A DNA stretch of 56,487 nucleotides from an uncultured archaeon (GCA_964608845.1 CAZSPP010000008.1:1-56487); one strand, 5' to 3'. Positions 25,486 through 35,487 are shown, counted from the stretch's first letter. A program made the numbers and translations. Notes: generated by a model from the letters alone, not told the origin.

Positions 25486-26822
25486 TCTTTTTCACTCAAA
25501 TCAATTTTTACAAAATCCCATATTTTTGATAAAAATATTGAAAATAATAATGATAGTGGAGTAACCAAAAATATTGAAAATCTTATTGCATATAAACTTG
25601 CTATTAAGAATCCACCGCCCCATAAAGCAACATATATTAAGCACTCTAAATGTTTTCTTTTTTTGAAATATTCGAAAAACAAATATGCAAAAGAATAAAT
25701 CAATATTCCGAAGAACAAAAATGTTAATATTATTTCAAAGATATTCCTGGAATTTTCTCTGATAAGATAAATTCCAAGACTGTTTCCAACATTTTTAATT
25801 GTACCTCCAGTCATCATTTCTGCAACAGAAACATAAACATTCGGAAAATCTCTATCTTCGGATTTTAATTGAAACGATTCAAAAGGTCCGTTTAAAGTAA
25901 TATAAATAAACTCTGAACCTATTATTGGTATTGTTAATCCGAAGAATATTAATATTATAATGAAATAAGAAGTTATAATCCTTTTTGAAAATTTTAAAAA
26001 TTCTTTATTTTTTATTTCTGAAAGAATTGCTAAAAGACAAAATCCTGTTACAAAATAGAACAAATGCCATGATACCCATGTATAAGCAAGAGCAGCCATC
26101 GAAATTCCTGTTAATATGGAAAATATTATACTCTTTTTAATATTTCCGATTTTAGAAAAATTGTAAGCTTCAAAAAACAATGCTAGTGATATTAAAGGAA
26201 TTAGTAAAACAATAGCATCAGAATCTGGATCTCCTCCTAAGGATCTTGACATTATTGCTGGGTTAAAAACTACAAGAAAAGCTAAAAATATTCCAACCTT
26301 TTTATCAAAAAGTCTTTTTCCTATAAAATAACACGGAATAACTGCTAAGCTTGCCAAAAATGCTGGAAAGTATATTAAAAATCTCCAAAGCTCTAGGTTT
26401 GAATTGAAGATTTTTACCAAAAGATAGGAATATGCACCAAGATAATGATATAAATGCATTGTGTCTATTTTTCTAAATTCCGGAGCTTCCATTAATGTAT
26501 CATATTCCGGAAGTTTTCCATTATTTTCTATAATCATTTTCATATATCTATAATGCCAATAAGAATCAATGTTTCTAAGATAATTGTATCTAAAACCAAC
26601 AACCCTTACATAAAATGACAGAAGAAATATTGAAATTAATAAAATCGGCACATAATATTTTTTTATAAACTTATATAGAAATCCAATGTTTATGGTTATT
26701 TCTTTGTTAATTATGTTTTTTATTTTTTCATTTTTCGTATCTTTATTTTCAGAAGATTTGTTTTCTTCAAATTTGTTTTCATTTTCATCTTTTAAATCAT
26801 TTTCCGCCTTTTCTTCTGACAT
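25482..26822 (-). CDS. aglB: oligosaccharyltransferase AglB/STT3, N-terminal polytopic membrane part
   Basis: First-loop Asp motif NIDSYWHYR, GGDPDSD, and the EL5 motif SVAEM. Its stop overlaps the downstream start (ATGA). Confidence 0.7.
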   Translation of the reverse strand: MSEEKAENDLKDENENKFEENKSSENKDTKNEKIKNIINKEITINIGFLYKFIKKYYVPILLISIFLLSFYVRVVGFRYNYLRNIDSYWHYRYMKMIIENNGKLPEYDTLMEAPEFRKIDTMHLYHYLGAYSYLLVKIFNSNLELWRFLIYFPAFLASLAVIPCYFIGKRLFDKKVGIFLAFLVVFNPAIMSRSLGGDPDSDAIVLLIPLISLALFFEAYNFSKIGNIKKSIIFSILTGISMAALAYTWVSWHLFYFVTGFCLLAILSEIKNKEFLKFSKRIITSYFIIILIFFGLTIPIIGSEFIYITLNGPFESFQLKSEDRDFPNVYVSVAEMMTGGTIKNVGNSLGIYLIRENSRNIFEIILTFLFFGILIYSFAYLFFEYFKKRKHLECLIYVALWGGGFLIASLYAIRFSIFLVTPLSLLFSIFLSKIWDFVKIDLSEKE

Positions 26823-26862
26823 AAAATTTTATTCGGCATAAAAATTTAAAAGAGAAGTAAAA

Positions 26863-27510
26863 TCATAAGTTCTTTATTCTTGCAAGTATTTGTTTAAAAA
26901 GAAAATCCACTCCTCCTATTTTAGGCATTCCGTGACCCGGTAAAAGATATTTCACATCAAGCTTAGAAAGTTTTATTATAGACCTTTTCAAATCTTCTTT
27001 ATTTCCATTTGGAAGATCACTTCTCCCTATGCTATCCGCAAATATAGTATCTCCAGAAATTAATATCTTTTTATTTTTTTCATATAGACATATAGAGCCA
27101 GGGGTATGTCCAGGAGTTGAGATTACTGTAAATGTAAAGTTTTTTGTTTTTATTTTATCGTTTTCGTTTAATATTTTGTCAACAGTAACGCTTTTCATTT
27201 TCTTTCCAAAATATTCCGCTAATGTTCCATTTCCAGATTCTATAGCATCCTTATCATTTTTATGAATAGCTATCTCTGCTTTACATAAATCTCTAAAGCT
27301 TTTATCTGCTCCTACATGATCATAATGACAATGGGTATTTATTATTGTATGAATCTTTTCAAAATCTATTCCTAAGTTTTCGAACTCTTCCTTTATTTCG
27401 TTAAAGAATATTCCTGTGCCAACATCAACTAAAATCTCTTTATCTATTAAATATATGTTAGAATCATATCCTATTCCGCCTGTAAGAATTATTCCTTTCA
27501 AAACCTGCAT
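26863..27510 (-). CDS. MBL-fold metallo-hydrolase
   Basis: HCHYDHVGA (HxHxDH) and downstream His/Asp ligands (TPGHTPGS, GDTIF, PGHG). Confidence 0.8.
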   Translation of the reverse strand: MQVLKGIILTGGIGYDSNIYLIDKEILVDVGTGIFFNEIKEEFENLGIDFEKIHTIINTHCHYDHVGADKSFRDLCKAEIAIHKNDKDAIESGNGTLAEYFGKKMKSVTVDKILNENDKIKTKNFTFTVISTPGHTPGSICLYEKNKKILISGDTIFADSIGRSDLPNGNKEDLKRSIIKLSKLDVKYLLPGHGMPKIGGVDFLFKQILARIKNL

Positions 27511-27560
27511 ATAAAGTTATAAACAAAAAAATATTTAATATCTTTTGTTAGAACAAACAA

Positions 27561-29678
27561 ATGATTAAAATGAAAGAGTTAATTGAAAATCTTCTAAAAA
27601 TTTCTGGTTTTAGAGAATTGAATCCTGTGCAAAAAGAAGCAATAAATAAGGGTTTGTTAGAAAATAAAAATTTTATAATAGCTTCTCCAACAGCAAGCGG
27701 AAAAACATTTGCAGCAGAACTTGCAATGATAAAAACAATTTTAGAGGAAAGAAAAAAGGTTGTTTATATTGTTCCTTTAGTTGCATTAGCAGCAGAAAAA
27801 TATAACAATTTCAGAAAAAAATATGAAGAAATGAAGATAAAGGTTGCTTTGTCAATAGGAGATTTTGATAACTCAGACCCGTGGCTAAAGGAATATGACA
27901 TAATTGTATGTTCTAATGAAAAATTGGATTCTTTAATAAGGCATGGAGCAGAATGGATTAATGATGTTGGTTTGGTTGTATGCGATGAAATACATTTAAT
28001 AAATGATGAAAGTAGAGGACCAACATTAGAAATTTTAATAACAAAATTAAGAGAGATTTCAAATGCAAGAATAATAGCTCTTTCTGCAACTATTAAAAAT
28101 ATAGAAGATTTGGCAAATTGGTTAAATGCAAATTACATAGTTTCTGATTGGAGACCGGTAAAGCTTTACGAAGGTATATTTTTTGAAGGAAGATTAGAGT
28201 TTCCTAACTGGAAGAAATATGAGTTAGATAAAGATGATGCAGAAAAGGCTATTGTAAAAAATACATTAAAAATGAATAAGCAGTGTATAATATTTGTAGG
28301 AACAAGAAAATCTTCTGAAAAGCTTGCAAAAGAATTGAAAGATACTGTAAAAAATTTTTTGACAGAAAATGAAAAAGAAAAACTAAAAGAAATATCAGAA
28401 GAAATATTGAATGTTTTGGAATATCCTTCAGAGCAATGCAAGTTATTAGCGGAATGTGTAAAATCTGGGATAGCATTTCATCATGCCGGACTTTTAGGAA
28501 AACAAAAATTTATTATAGAAGAGGCTTTTAGGAAAAGAATAATAAAAGTTATAACAGCAACACCAACATTAGCAATGGGCGTTTCTCTACCTGCTTTTAG
28601 AGTTATAATAAGAGATGTTAAAAGATATTATTCAAGATTAGGATACTCTTATATTCCGATTTCAGAGTATAAGCAAATGTCAGGAAGGGCAGGAAGACCA
28701 GAATATGATGAATGGGGAGAATCTATATTAATAGCAAGAAATTTTAGTGAAGCAAGAAAATTATATGAGCATTACATTTTAGGGGAATCTGAAGAAATTT
28801 ATTCTAAACTTTTTTTAGAGCCGATATTAAGAATTCAAACGCTTTCTTTAATAGCTTCTGGTATGTATCCTACTATTGAAGATATAAGGAGATTCTTTTC
28901 AAAAACATTTTTTGCAAGCCAATATGGTGATATAGAAAGAATAATGGAAAAAATAGAAAGGATTATTGATTTATTAATAAAGTGGAAGTTCGTAAAAGAA
29001 AGAGAAAAAATATTTGAAGCAACAAGATTAGGTGAAAGAGTTGATAAGCTTTACATAGATCCTTTTACTGCATGGTATTTTATATCAAATCTTATGAGAA
29101 AAAAGCATGAAAAATTGAAAGAGATAGCTTATCTTTTACTTATTTCAAGAGCATTGGAGATGATGCCTTTACCGAACGTAAAATCTAAAGAGTTTGACGA
29201 ACTTTCAAAAATAGCGGAAAAGGAGGTATTTTTTGAAAAAGTTCCTGATGCTTGGGAAGATGAATTTGATGATTTTGTGAGAGCGCTAAAGTTGGCAATT
29301 GCATTTAAAAACTGGATAGAAGAAAAAACAGAAGCAGAGATATTGGAAGATTTTGGTATTACTCCGGGAGAGCTAATGGCAAGACTAGAAATAGCTGATT
29401 GGTTATTATATTCTGCTTATGAGCTTTCAAATATTTTGCATTTAAAAATACATAAAAAGATTATAAAAAAACTAAGGATAAGAATGAAATACGGTATAAA
29501 AGAAGAACTATTGCCTTTAATAAGCATTAAAGGAATAGGAAGAATTAGAGCTAGAAAATTATATAATAACGGAATAAGAAGTATAGATGATGTAAGAAAA
29601 ACACCTTTAAATATATTAGAAAATATTATTGGAAAGAAAACAGCGAAACAAATAAAAGAAGAGGTAGAGAATAGCTAA
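27561..29678 (+). CDS. hel308: Ski2-like DNA helicase Hel308
   Basis: SPTASGKT, DEIH, SATI and QMSGRAGR helicase motifs, plus a C-terminal helix-hairpin-helix (IKGIGRIRARKL). Confidence 0.85.
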   Translation: MIKMKELIENLLKISGFRELNPVQKEAINKGLLENKNFIIASPTASGKTFAAELAMIKTILEERKKVVYIVPLVALAAEKYNNFRKKYEEMKIKVALSIGDFDNSDPWLKEYDIIVCSNEKLDSLIRHGAEWINDVGLVVCDEIHLINDESRGPTLEILITKLREISNARIIALSATIKNIEDLANWLNANYIVSDWRPVKLYEGIFFEGRLEFPNWKKYELDKDDAEKAIVKNTLKMNKQCIIFVGTRKSSEKLAKELKDTVKNFLTENEKEKLKEISEEILNVLEYPSEQCKLLAECVKSGIAFHHAGLLGKQKFIIEEAFRKRIIKVITATPTLAMGVSLPAFRVIIRDVKRYYSRLGYSYIPISEYKQMSGRAGRPEYDEWGESILIARNFSEARKLYEHYILGESEEIYSKLFLEPILRIQTLSLIASGMYPTIEDIRRFFSKTFFASQYGDIERIMEKIERIIDLLIKWKFVKEREKIFEATRLGERVDKLYIDPFTAWYFISNLMRKKHEKLKEIAYLLLISRALEMMPLPNVKSKEFDELSKIAEKEVFFEKVPDAWEDEFDDFVRALKLAIAFKNWIEEKTEAEILEDFGITPGELMARLEIADWLLYSAYELSNILHLKIHKKIIKKLRIRMKYGIKEELLPLISIKGIGRIRARKLYNNGIRSIDDVRKTPLNILENIIGKKTAKQIKEEVENS

Positions 29679-29741
29679 ATAAAAGTTTTTATCTTCAATA
29701 AAAGAATGAAATATAATTGGGTTTTGTTAAAAAAGATTGAA

Positions 29742-30326
29742 ATGAACGAGAAAAAAGAAAAAAAAGAGATAATAATTGAAAAAAGAGTAAAAATACCAGA
29801 AGGAGTAGAGATAAATATAGATGGAAAAAGAATTGAAGTAAAAGGCTTAAAAGGTACTGTAGTTAAAGATTTTTCTAATCCGACTTTTGACAAAGAGGTA
29901 AAAATAGAAAGGGTTGGAGACGAGGTTGTAATATCAGCTAAAAAATCGAGAAGAAAAATTAAAGCTTTTATAGGAACCATCTTAGCAAAAATAAAAAATA
30001 TGTTTATTGGAGTGACCAAAGGATATAGATATGAAATGAAAATATATTATGTTCATTTCCCTATTTCTGTGGAAACTAAAAAAATAGGAGACGAGACAGA
30101 AATAATAATAAAAAACTTTTTGGGAGAGAAAAAACCTAGAAAGGTAAGTGTTAAAGGTGTAGAGGTAGAGGTTTCAAAAGACACAATAATACTACGTGGT
30201 CCAGATAACGAAGCCCTAGGAAATGCTGCTGGAAAAATAGAATATGTAACAAAGATAAAAGGTAAAGATAGAAGAGTTTTTAATGATGGAATATTTTTAT
30301 TTAAAAAAGAAATAGATACTGGGTGA
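29742..30326 (+). CDS. rpl6: 50S ribosomal protein L6 (uL6)
   Basis: RVKIPEGVEINIDGKRIEVKGLKGT pattern. The start may be 29742 or 29706. Confidence 0.85.
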   Translation: MNEKKEKKEIIIEKRVKIPEGVEINIDGKRIEVKGLKGTVVKDFSNPTFDKEVKIERVGDEVVISAKKSRRKIKAFIGTILAKIKNMFIGVTKGYRYEMKIYYVHFPISVETKKIGDETEIIIKNFLGEKKPRKVSVKGVEVEVSKDTIILRGPDNEALGNAAGKIEYVTKIKGKDRRVFNDGIFLFKKEIDTG

Positions 30327-30330
30327 AAAA

Positions 30331-30705
30331 ATGTCTAAGAAAAAGAAATTTTTTAGAAGATTATATTTCATAAAAAGGTTAGGAGAAAAGTGGAGAAGAC
30401 CTAGAGGAAGACAAAATAAATTAAGATTAGAGAAAAAAGGTAAAGGTAAACGAGTCAAAATTGGTTTCGGTTCTCCAAAAAGTGAAAGGAAGAAAATAAT
30501 AAGAATATTTTCTAAGAAAGATATCGAGAATCTAAAGAATTTGAAATTGGATCCAAAAAATAATATAATACTTATCGCTTCTTCAGTTGGAAAAAAGAAA
30601 AGGGAAGAGTTAAAAAATTTGTTATTAGATATATTTCCTGAATTAAAAATAAAGAATTTGAAGATTTCGAAAAAAGAAATTAAGAAACAAGATGATAACA
30701 AATGA
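30331..30705 (+). CDS. rpl32e: 50S ribosomal protein L32e (eL32)
   Basis: KWRRPRGRQNKLR motif and position after rpl6. Confidence 0.8.
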   Translation: MSKKKKFFRRLYFIKRLGEKWRRPRGRQNKLRLEKKGKGKRVKIGFGSPKSERKKIIRIFSKKDIENLKNLKLDPKNNIILIASSVGKKKREELKNLLLDIFPELKIKNLKISKKEIKKQDDNK

Positions 30706-31361
30706 AAGAGAAACTATTTATAGAGGATGCAAAAAAATATGTACAAATAGAGGAATTTTTGAAGAAAGAGTTATCAGAAGCTAAGCCAGGAAGCATAGAT
30801 ATTCAAGATACTCCTCTAGGAACAAGAATAACCATCTACACTTTAAATCCAGGTCTTGTTATAGGAGTAGGGGGAGAAAAGATTTCTAGTATTGTAAAAA
30901 AATTGGAAGAGATGGGAATAAGCAATCCACAAATTGATGTACAAAAGATAAAAAATCCATTTTTAGACCCAGAAATAGTTGCCCAATATATTGCAGAAGC
31001 TATTGAAAAAGGTATAAATTATAAGAAAGTTGCAAATTATTATTTAGACAAAGTAATGAAGGCTGGAGCAAAGGGATGCGAAATAATAATTTCTGGGAAG
31101 ATTGCTGGAGAAAAGGCAAGCACACAAAAGTTTTATGCAGGATTTGTTGAAAAAAGCGGTACAAGAGAGAATGTTTTAAAAGGTTTTAAAACAACTACAC
31201 CAAAGGTAGGAGTAATAGGAATAAAGGTGTTTATAAGTATAGATAAATCTTCTCATAAAAAAACCGATACAGAAATAACAGGTTCAGATGAAAAAGTAGA
31301 AGAAATAAAAGAAGAAGACACAAGTAAAATTTCTATAAGTGAGGAAGGTGATAAAGAATGA
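30702..31361 (+). CDS. rps3: 30S ribosomal protein S3 (uS3)
   Basis: KH domain (TPLGTRITIYTLNPGLVIGVGGEKI) and C-domain (VMKAGAKGCEIIISGKIAGEKA) align with archaeal S3. There is an acidic C-terminal tail. Confidence 0.85.
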   Translation: MKEKLFIEDAKKYVQIEEFLKKELSEAKPGSIDIQDTPLGTRITIYTLNPGLVIGVGGEKISSIVKKLEEMGISNPQIDVQKIKNPFLDPEIVAQYIAEAIEKGINYKKVANYYLDKVMKAGAKGCEIIISGKIAGEKASTQKFYAGFVEKSGTRENVLKGFKTTTPKVGVIGIKVFISIDKSSHKKTDTEITGSDEKVEEIKEEDTSKISISEEGDKE

Positions 31362-31783
31362 ACATAAGTAATCAAAGGAAGATGGCTGCCAAAATATTAA
31401 AGTGCGGTTTGGATAGGGTTTGGATAGATCCTAAGAGGGTGAAAGATGTTTCTCAAGCAATAACAAGAAAGGATATTAGAAGATTAATATCATCAGGAGT
31501 AATAAAAAAGCTTCCTAAGAAGGGAAATGCAAAAAATGTAAAAAGAAAAAGAAGAGGACCGGGAAGCAGGAAAGGAAATAGGGCCGATAGACACAAGAAA
31601 AGATGGATGATTACCATAAGAGCATTAAGAAGACATTTAAGAAAATTAAAAACCTCTGGAAAAATATCAAACAAAATTTATAGGGAATTATATAAAAAGG
31701 CAAAGTCAGGAATGTTTAAAAGCAAAGCCGAATTAGACCTATATATAAAAAGAGAAATTTTAGAAAAAGAATTAGAAAAATAA
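31358..31783 (+). CDS. rpl19e: 50S ribosomal protein L19e (eL19)
   Basis: [20 protein letters not shown]...[15 protein letters not shown]. Confidence 0.88.
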   Translation: MNISNQRKMAAKILKCGLDRVWIDPKRVKDVSQAITRKDIRRLISSGVIKKLPKKGNAKNVKRKRRGPGSRKGNRADRHKKRWMITIRALRRHLRKLKTSGKISNKIYRELYKKAKSGMFKSKAELDLYIKREILEKELEK

Positions 31784-31799
31784 GTTTAAAGTGTTTGAT

Positions 31800-32366
31800 A
31801 TGTTCAGAAAATTGAAAAGAAGAAAAATTAAAAAAACAGATTATTATCAGAGATTAGAGTTATTAAAATCTGGAAAATTAAGATTAGTGGTTAGAAAGTC
31901 ATTAAATAACATGCTTGCTCAAATCGTTAAGTACGATCCGAAAGGAGATAAGGTTTTAGTTTCTGCAATGACAAAAGAACTAAAAAAATATGGTTGGCTT
32001 GGTGGAAATAATGTTTGCTCGGCATATCTTACAGGCCTTTTAATAGGATATAAGGCAAAAAAATTAGGAATAAATGAAGCAATACTTGATATAGGTCTTC
32101 ATAGGTCTATAAAAGGTTGTAAAATTTATGCTTTAGTGAAAGGTTGTTTAGATGCTGGGCTAAACGTTCCTGTAGGAGAAGAGATGCTTCCTAATGAAGA
32201 TAGAATATTAGGAAAACATATAGAAAAATACGCTAAGATTCTTAAAGAAGAAGGAAAATATGAAAAAAGGTTTTCCAAGTATATAGAAAAAGGATTAGAT
32301 GCAGAAAATATTTCTGGACATGTAAATGAAGTAATGAAAAAAATAAAAGAAGCTTTTGGTAATTAA
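31800..32366 (+). CDS. rpl18: 50S ribosomal protein L18 (uL18)
   Basis: [32 protein letters not shown] and AILDIGLH. Confidence 0.88.
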   Translation: MFRKLKRRKIKKTDYYQRLELLKSGKLRLVVRKSLNNMLAQIVKYDPKGDKVLVSAMTKELKKYGWLGGNNVCSAYLTGLLIGYKAKKLGINEAILDIGLHRSIKGCKIYALVKGCLDAGLNVPVGEEMLPNEDRILGKHIEKYAKILKEEGKYEKRFSKYIEKGLDAENISGHVNEVMKKIKEAFGN

Positions 32367-32378
32367 ACTAAAAGGTTT

Positions 32379-32834
32379 TTACTTTTCTTTGTCAACTTTT
32401 ATACTTAATAGTTTTTGGATTCTTTTTTCTATATCTTCCATTTTCTTAGCTTGCGTTTCGATACTCATGTTAATTTTTTCTAATGTATTTTCCATTTTTT
32501 CAATTTTTTTATTTAGAAATTTTTTAGCATCTTCTATATTTTTTTCTTGAATTATTCCAGAGCCTATGTTTACAAAAACTTTATCTTTTTCTGATATATT
32601 TCCTCTTAAAAAGATATCGCTTCCTATAGAAAACCATATTTCATTTTGATTTTTTAACTCAGAAATTTTATCTATTGTTTCTATACTTTTTTTAACTTCT
32701 TCTATACTTTCTTTTATTATTTCTCTTTGTGAAATAATGTTTTCTATCTGTTCTTGTATAATTTTGTATTTTATGTACTCACCTCTCACTTTTTCTTCTA
32801 TTTCTTCTTTTGATAATTCTTTCATTTTACCCAC
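32379..32834 (-). CDS. pfdA: prefoldin alpha subunit
   Basis: Coil, beta-hairpin (IWFSIGSDIFLRGNI...VFVNIGSGI), then coil. The conserved order L31e-aIF6-pfdA supports the call. Confidence 0.8.
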   Translation of the reverse strand: MGKMKELSKEEIEEKVRGEYIKYKIIQEQIENIISQREIIKESIEEVKKSIETIDKISELKNQNEIWFSIGSDIFLRGNISEKDKVFVNIGSGIIQEKNIEDAKKFLNKKIEKMENTLEKINMSIETQAKKMEDIEKRIQKLLSIKVDKEK

Positions 32835-33486
32835 CTCTTAACAAAACCTCTTCTATTTTAGCCATTTCTATTCCTGTCGTTTTTGGAGATATTAGAGCGA
32901 AATTTGAGTTTGCTATAATACACGAGCCAACATAATATGATCCAAAGTTTGCTGTACCCGTATCAACCTTTACTTTCAAAACCTTTTCAATCTTTTTTAT
33001 TTCATCTTCATCCATTAATGGAGAAACAAGACAACCTCTATTAGTTGCAATTCCCAAGGAGCCTATAACCATATATTTCTTAGAAGCTATTTGACAATCT
33101 AATCCAAAAAATCTTTCTATCTTTTCTTTCAAATTTTTTATTAAATAAGAAATTATACAGCCTTTATCATTCATAAGTAAAAGATTTCCCAGTGCAGTAT
33201 ATTTTGTATTAAGAAAATAAACATTTTCGTCAATTCTCTCTAGTTCTTTTTTTATATAAGGAATATCACCTGAAACCAAAATACCAGAAGAATTTCCTGT
33301 ACAGAAGATTCCAACTAAGTTTGTATTTGCAACAGTATTTTTAATTATTTTAATTTTTTCTGTAAAATTTTTTGGCATTTCTATATACTTTCCGATAAAA
33401 ACATATTTTTCAGTTGCGAATCCATATAATCCTAAGTTAAAATCTTTATTAAAATCTGTTGTTATTATTTTTGGCATAAAAAACAT
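32827..33486 (-). CDS. eif6: translation initiation factor aIF6
   Basis: Pentein-repeat pattern (NLGLYGFATEKYVFIG, IGSLGIATNRGCLVSP, VGSCIIANS). Confidence 0.85.
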   Translation of the reverse strand: MFFMPKIITTDFNKDFNLGLYGFATEKYVFIGKYIEMPKNFTEKIKIIKNTVANTNLVGIFCTGNSSGILVSGDIPYIKKELERIDENVYFLNTKYTALGNLLLMNDKGCIISYLIKNLKEKIERFFGLDCQIASKKYMVIGSLGIATNRGCLVSPLMDEDEIKKIEKVLKVKVDTGTANFGSYYVGSCIIANSNFALISPKTTGIEMAKIEEVLLRGG

Positions 33487-33508
33487 CTAATCCAAAAATC
33501 GGTTTTTA

Positions 33509-34003
33509 TTATTCTTTTTTCTCTTCTTTAGTTTCTTTTGCTTTATCCTTATCTTCTTCAACTTTACCTTCAACCATCTTTTCTTCTTCTTGCTTTTTTA
33601 ATGCTTTTAATCCAATTCTCGCAGCCATTTTCTCAGCTAACCCTTCTTTTACTTTTGCAGGTTCTTCTTCAAATGGCACATAATTAAATCCAAAAAGCTC
33701 TGCTCTATATTCATTATCTGCAAATGTAACACTGACCTTAACCCTTCTAGGAGGCTTTTCTATTCCCCTTTTCCATATTTCTTCGTTTAGATGTTTTCCA
33801 AGTTTTATATTATCTGTTTTTAAATGTCTTTTAAGAAACTCCTTAATTAGCCTTATTGCATATTTTGCTCTTTTTCTTCTAGTTTTTCTATAAGCTTTTC
33901 TAAGAGGAATAGTAAAAACTTTTATCAACTTTTCTTTTTTTTCTTCCTTTTTTTCGGTTATTTCTTTTTTATCTTCTTCAATTTTTTTATTTTCCTCTGC
34001 CAT
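33509..34003 (-). CDS. rpl31e: 50S ribosomal protein L31e (eL31) with K/E-rich N- and C-terminal extensions
   Basis: Core FTIPLRKAYRKTRRKRAKYAIRLIKEFLKRH...IWKRGIEKPPRRVKV. Confidence 0.85.
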   Translation of the reverse strand: MAEENKKIEEDKKEITEKKEEKKEKLIKVFTIPLRKAYRKTRRKRAKYAIRLIKEFLKRHLKTDNIKLGKHLNEEIWKRGIEKPPRRVKVSVTFADNEYRAELFGFNYVPFEEEPAKVKEGLAEKMAARIGLKALKKQEEEKMVEGKVEEDKDKAKETKEEKKE

Positions 34004-34013
34004 TCAAATCACT

Positions 34014-34184
34014 CTACACCTTTATTCTTCCATTTCTCCAATGTTTTGTATGACTTATTATTCTTCTTGTTCTCGCTCTTTTAAGACCAAATTTTTTTAT
34101 ATCACACCATCTCGGAGCCCTCTTTCTTCTCGCAGCTATTAATTTTATTTTTTTTCCACATTTTTTTCTTGATGACATTTTCAT
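34014..34184 (-). CDS. rpl39e: 50S ribosomal protein L39e (eL39)
   Basis: 56-aa ORF not in the track: MKMSSRKKCGKKIKLIAARRKRAPRWCDIKKFGLKRARTRRIISHTKHWRNGRIKV. It has an ATGA overlap with the upstream gene. Confidence 0.85.
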   Translation of the reverse strand: MKMSSRKKCGKKIKLIAARRKRAPRWCDIKKFGLKRARTRRIISHTKHWRNGRIKV

Positions 34185-34462
34185 CTCCTTATTATTTTCA
34201 TCTCCTTCTTTTTACTTAATTCTGAAAGGATAGCAACAAGCTGCTCATCAGTTATTTGTTTTATTTGTCCAGCTTTATATAGTTGATAAAGATAAATTTC
34301 AAGCTCAGTAACTATTTCCGGTTTTATAATCCTAAGGTTAGATAATCTTTCTCTAGCTTTTTTATCTAATATGTTTCCCACAACTCTTCTTATTTCTTTT
34401 AACTGCTTTTCTAACTCTATAGCTGCTGATGCATCTATATATTCTTCATTCATTCTTTTCAC
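34181..34462 (-). CDS. PDCD5/TFAR19-like dsDNA-binding protein
   Basis: LDKKARERLSNLRIIKPE pattern and the conserved position between rps19e and rpl39e. Confidence 0.75.
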   Translation of the reverse strand: MKRMNEEYIDASAAIELEKQLKEIRRVVGNILDKKARERLSNLRIIKPEIVTELEIYLYQLYKAGQIKQITDEQLVAILSELSKKKEMKIIRR

Positions 34463-34871
34463 CTTTTTCTATTTCTTTTATAATATCTTTTATAAATTTC
34501 ATGCCTTTTGGTGTTATTATTCTACCTTTCTTTTCCTTCTTTTCCAAAAATCCAATAGATTCGAGTTGTTGTAATATGACTCTTATAATTTTTCCACCAC
34601 CTTTCCTAAAATGTGCTGGTTGATGGCCAAGCCTTTTTAACCCCCCGTAATATGTTCTTAGTCTTTGTACACCTACTGGACCATCTAAAGCTATTCTTCT
34701 TAATATGCTAGCTGCTCTTATCCACCACCAATCAGGATTTTCCGGAGGTCTTTCTCTGCTTGTTCCAGTTTTTACATATTTTGCCCATTCGGGCATAGGT
34801 ATTATTTTTTTTAGTTCTTCGCTCATTTTTTTTATCAGTATTTCTGCCTTAACTTCTTTTATCGATTTCAT
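34446..34871 (-). CDS. rps19e: 30S ribosomal protein S19e (eS19)
   Basis: PEWAKYVKTGTSRERPPENPDWWWIRAASILRR. Confidence 0.9.
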   Translation of the reverse strand: MKSIKEVKAEILIKKMSEELKKIIPMPEWAKYVKTGTSRERPPENPDWWWIRAASILRRIALDGPVGVQRLRTYYGGLKRLGHQPAHFRKGGGKIIRVILQQLESIGFLEKKEKKGRIITPKGMKFIKDIIKEIEKGEKNE

Positions 34872-34926
34872 TTTATCTACCCTTTATGTGTATATTTTTG
34901 TTAAACTTTAAATTTAAGATTTTTTG

Positions 34927-35487
34927 TCATAATCCTAAATCATTCGAAATTTTTTTAAGGGCGTTTAAAGATATTTCGAAAAATTTTTCTTCTGTAATTC
35001 CAAGCATTTTGCAAAAAAGTATTCTTTCTCTACTACAATTCCTAGCAAAATCTTTTTGCTTAAATTTTTTTGAAATAAATTCAGCATCAACATCATTTAT
35101 TTTTTTGCTCGGTTTTATTAATGCACATGCTATTATTAAACCAGATATTGCATCGCTAGCAATAAGTGCATATTCTAAATTATTCTTTGCCTCTTCTGCT
35201 TTTGAATATGCATGAACCTTTATTGCATTTAGTAAATTTTCAGGTAATAATCCATTAAGAATTTCACAAGCTCTAACTCCATGAAGTTCTGGCTTTTCCT
35301 TGGTTTCTTCAAAATCTATATCATGAAGCAATCCAACTATACCAAAAACCTCTTCATCTTCGTTAATATTTTTAGCAACTTCTCTCATTATTGCTTCTAC
35401 AGCAAGCATATGTTTTTTCAATTTGTCATCTTTTACATATTTTTCAATTAGCTCAATTGCTTCATCTCTGCTTATCATATCCATCAA
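34927..35487 (-). CDS. HD-domain phosphohydrolase
   Basis: H...GLLHDIDFE motif. Confidence 0.7.
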   Translation of the reverse strand: MMDMISRDEAIELIEKYVKDDKLKKHMLAVEAIMREVAKNINEDEEVFGIVGLLHDIDFEETKEKPELHGVRACEILNGLLPENLLNAIKVHAYSKAEEAKNNLEYALIASDAISGLIIACALIKPSKKINDVDAEFISKKFKQKDFARNCSRERILFCKMLGITEEKFFEISLNALKKISNDLGL

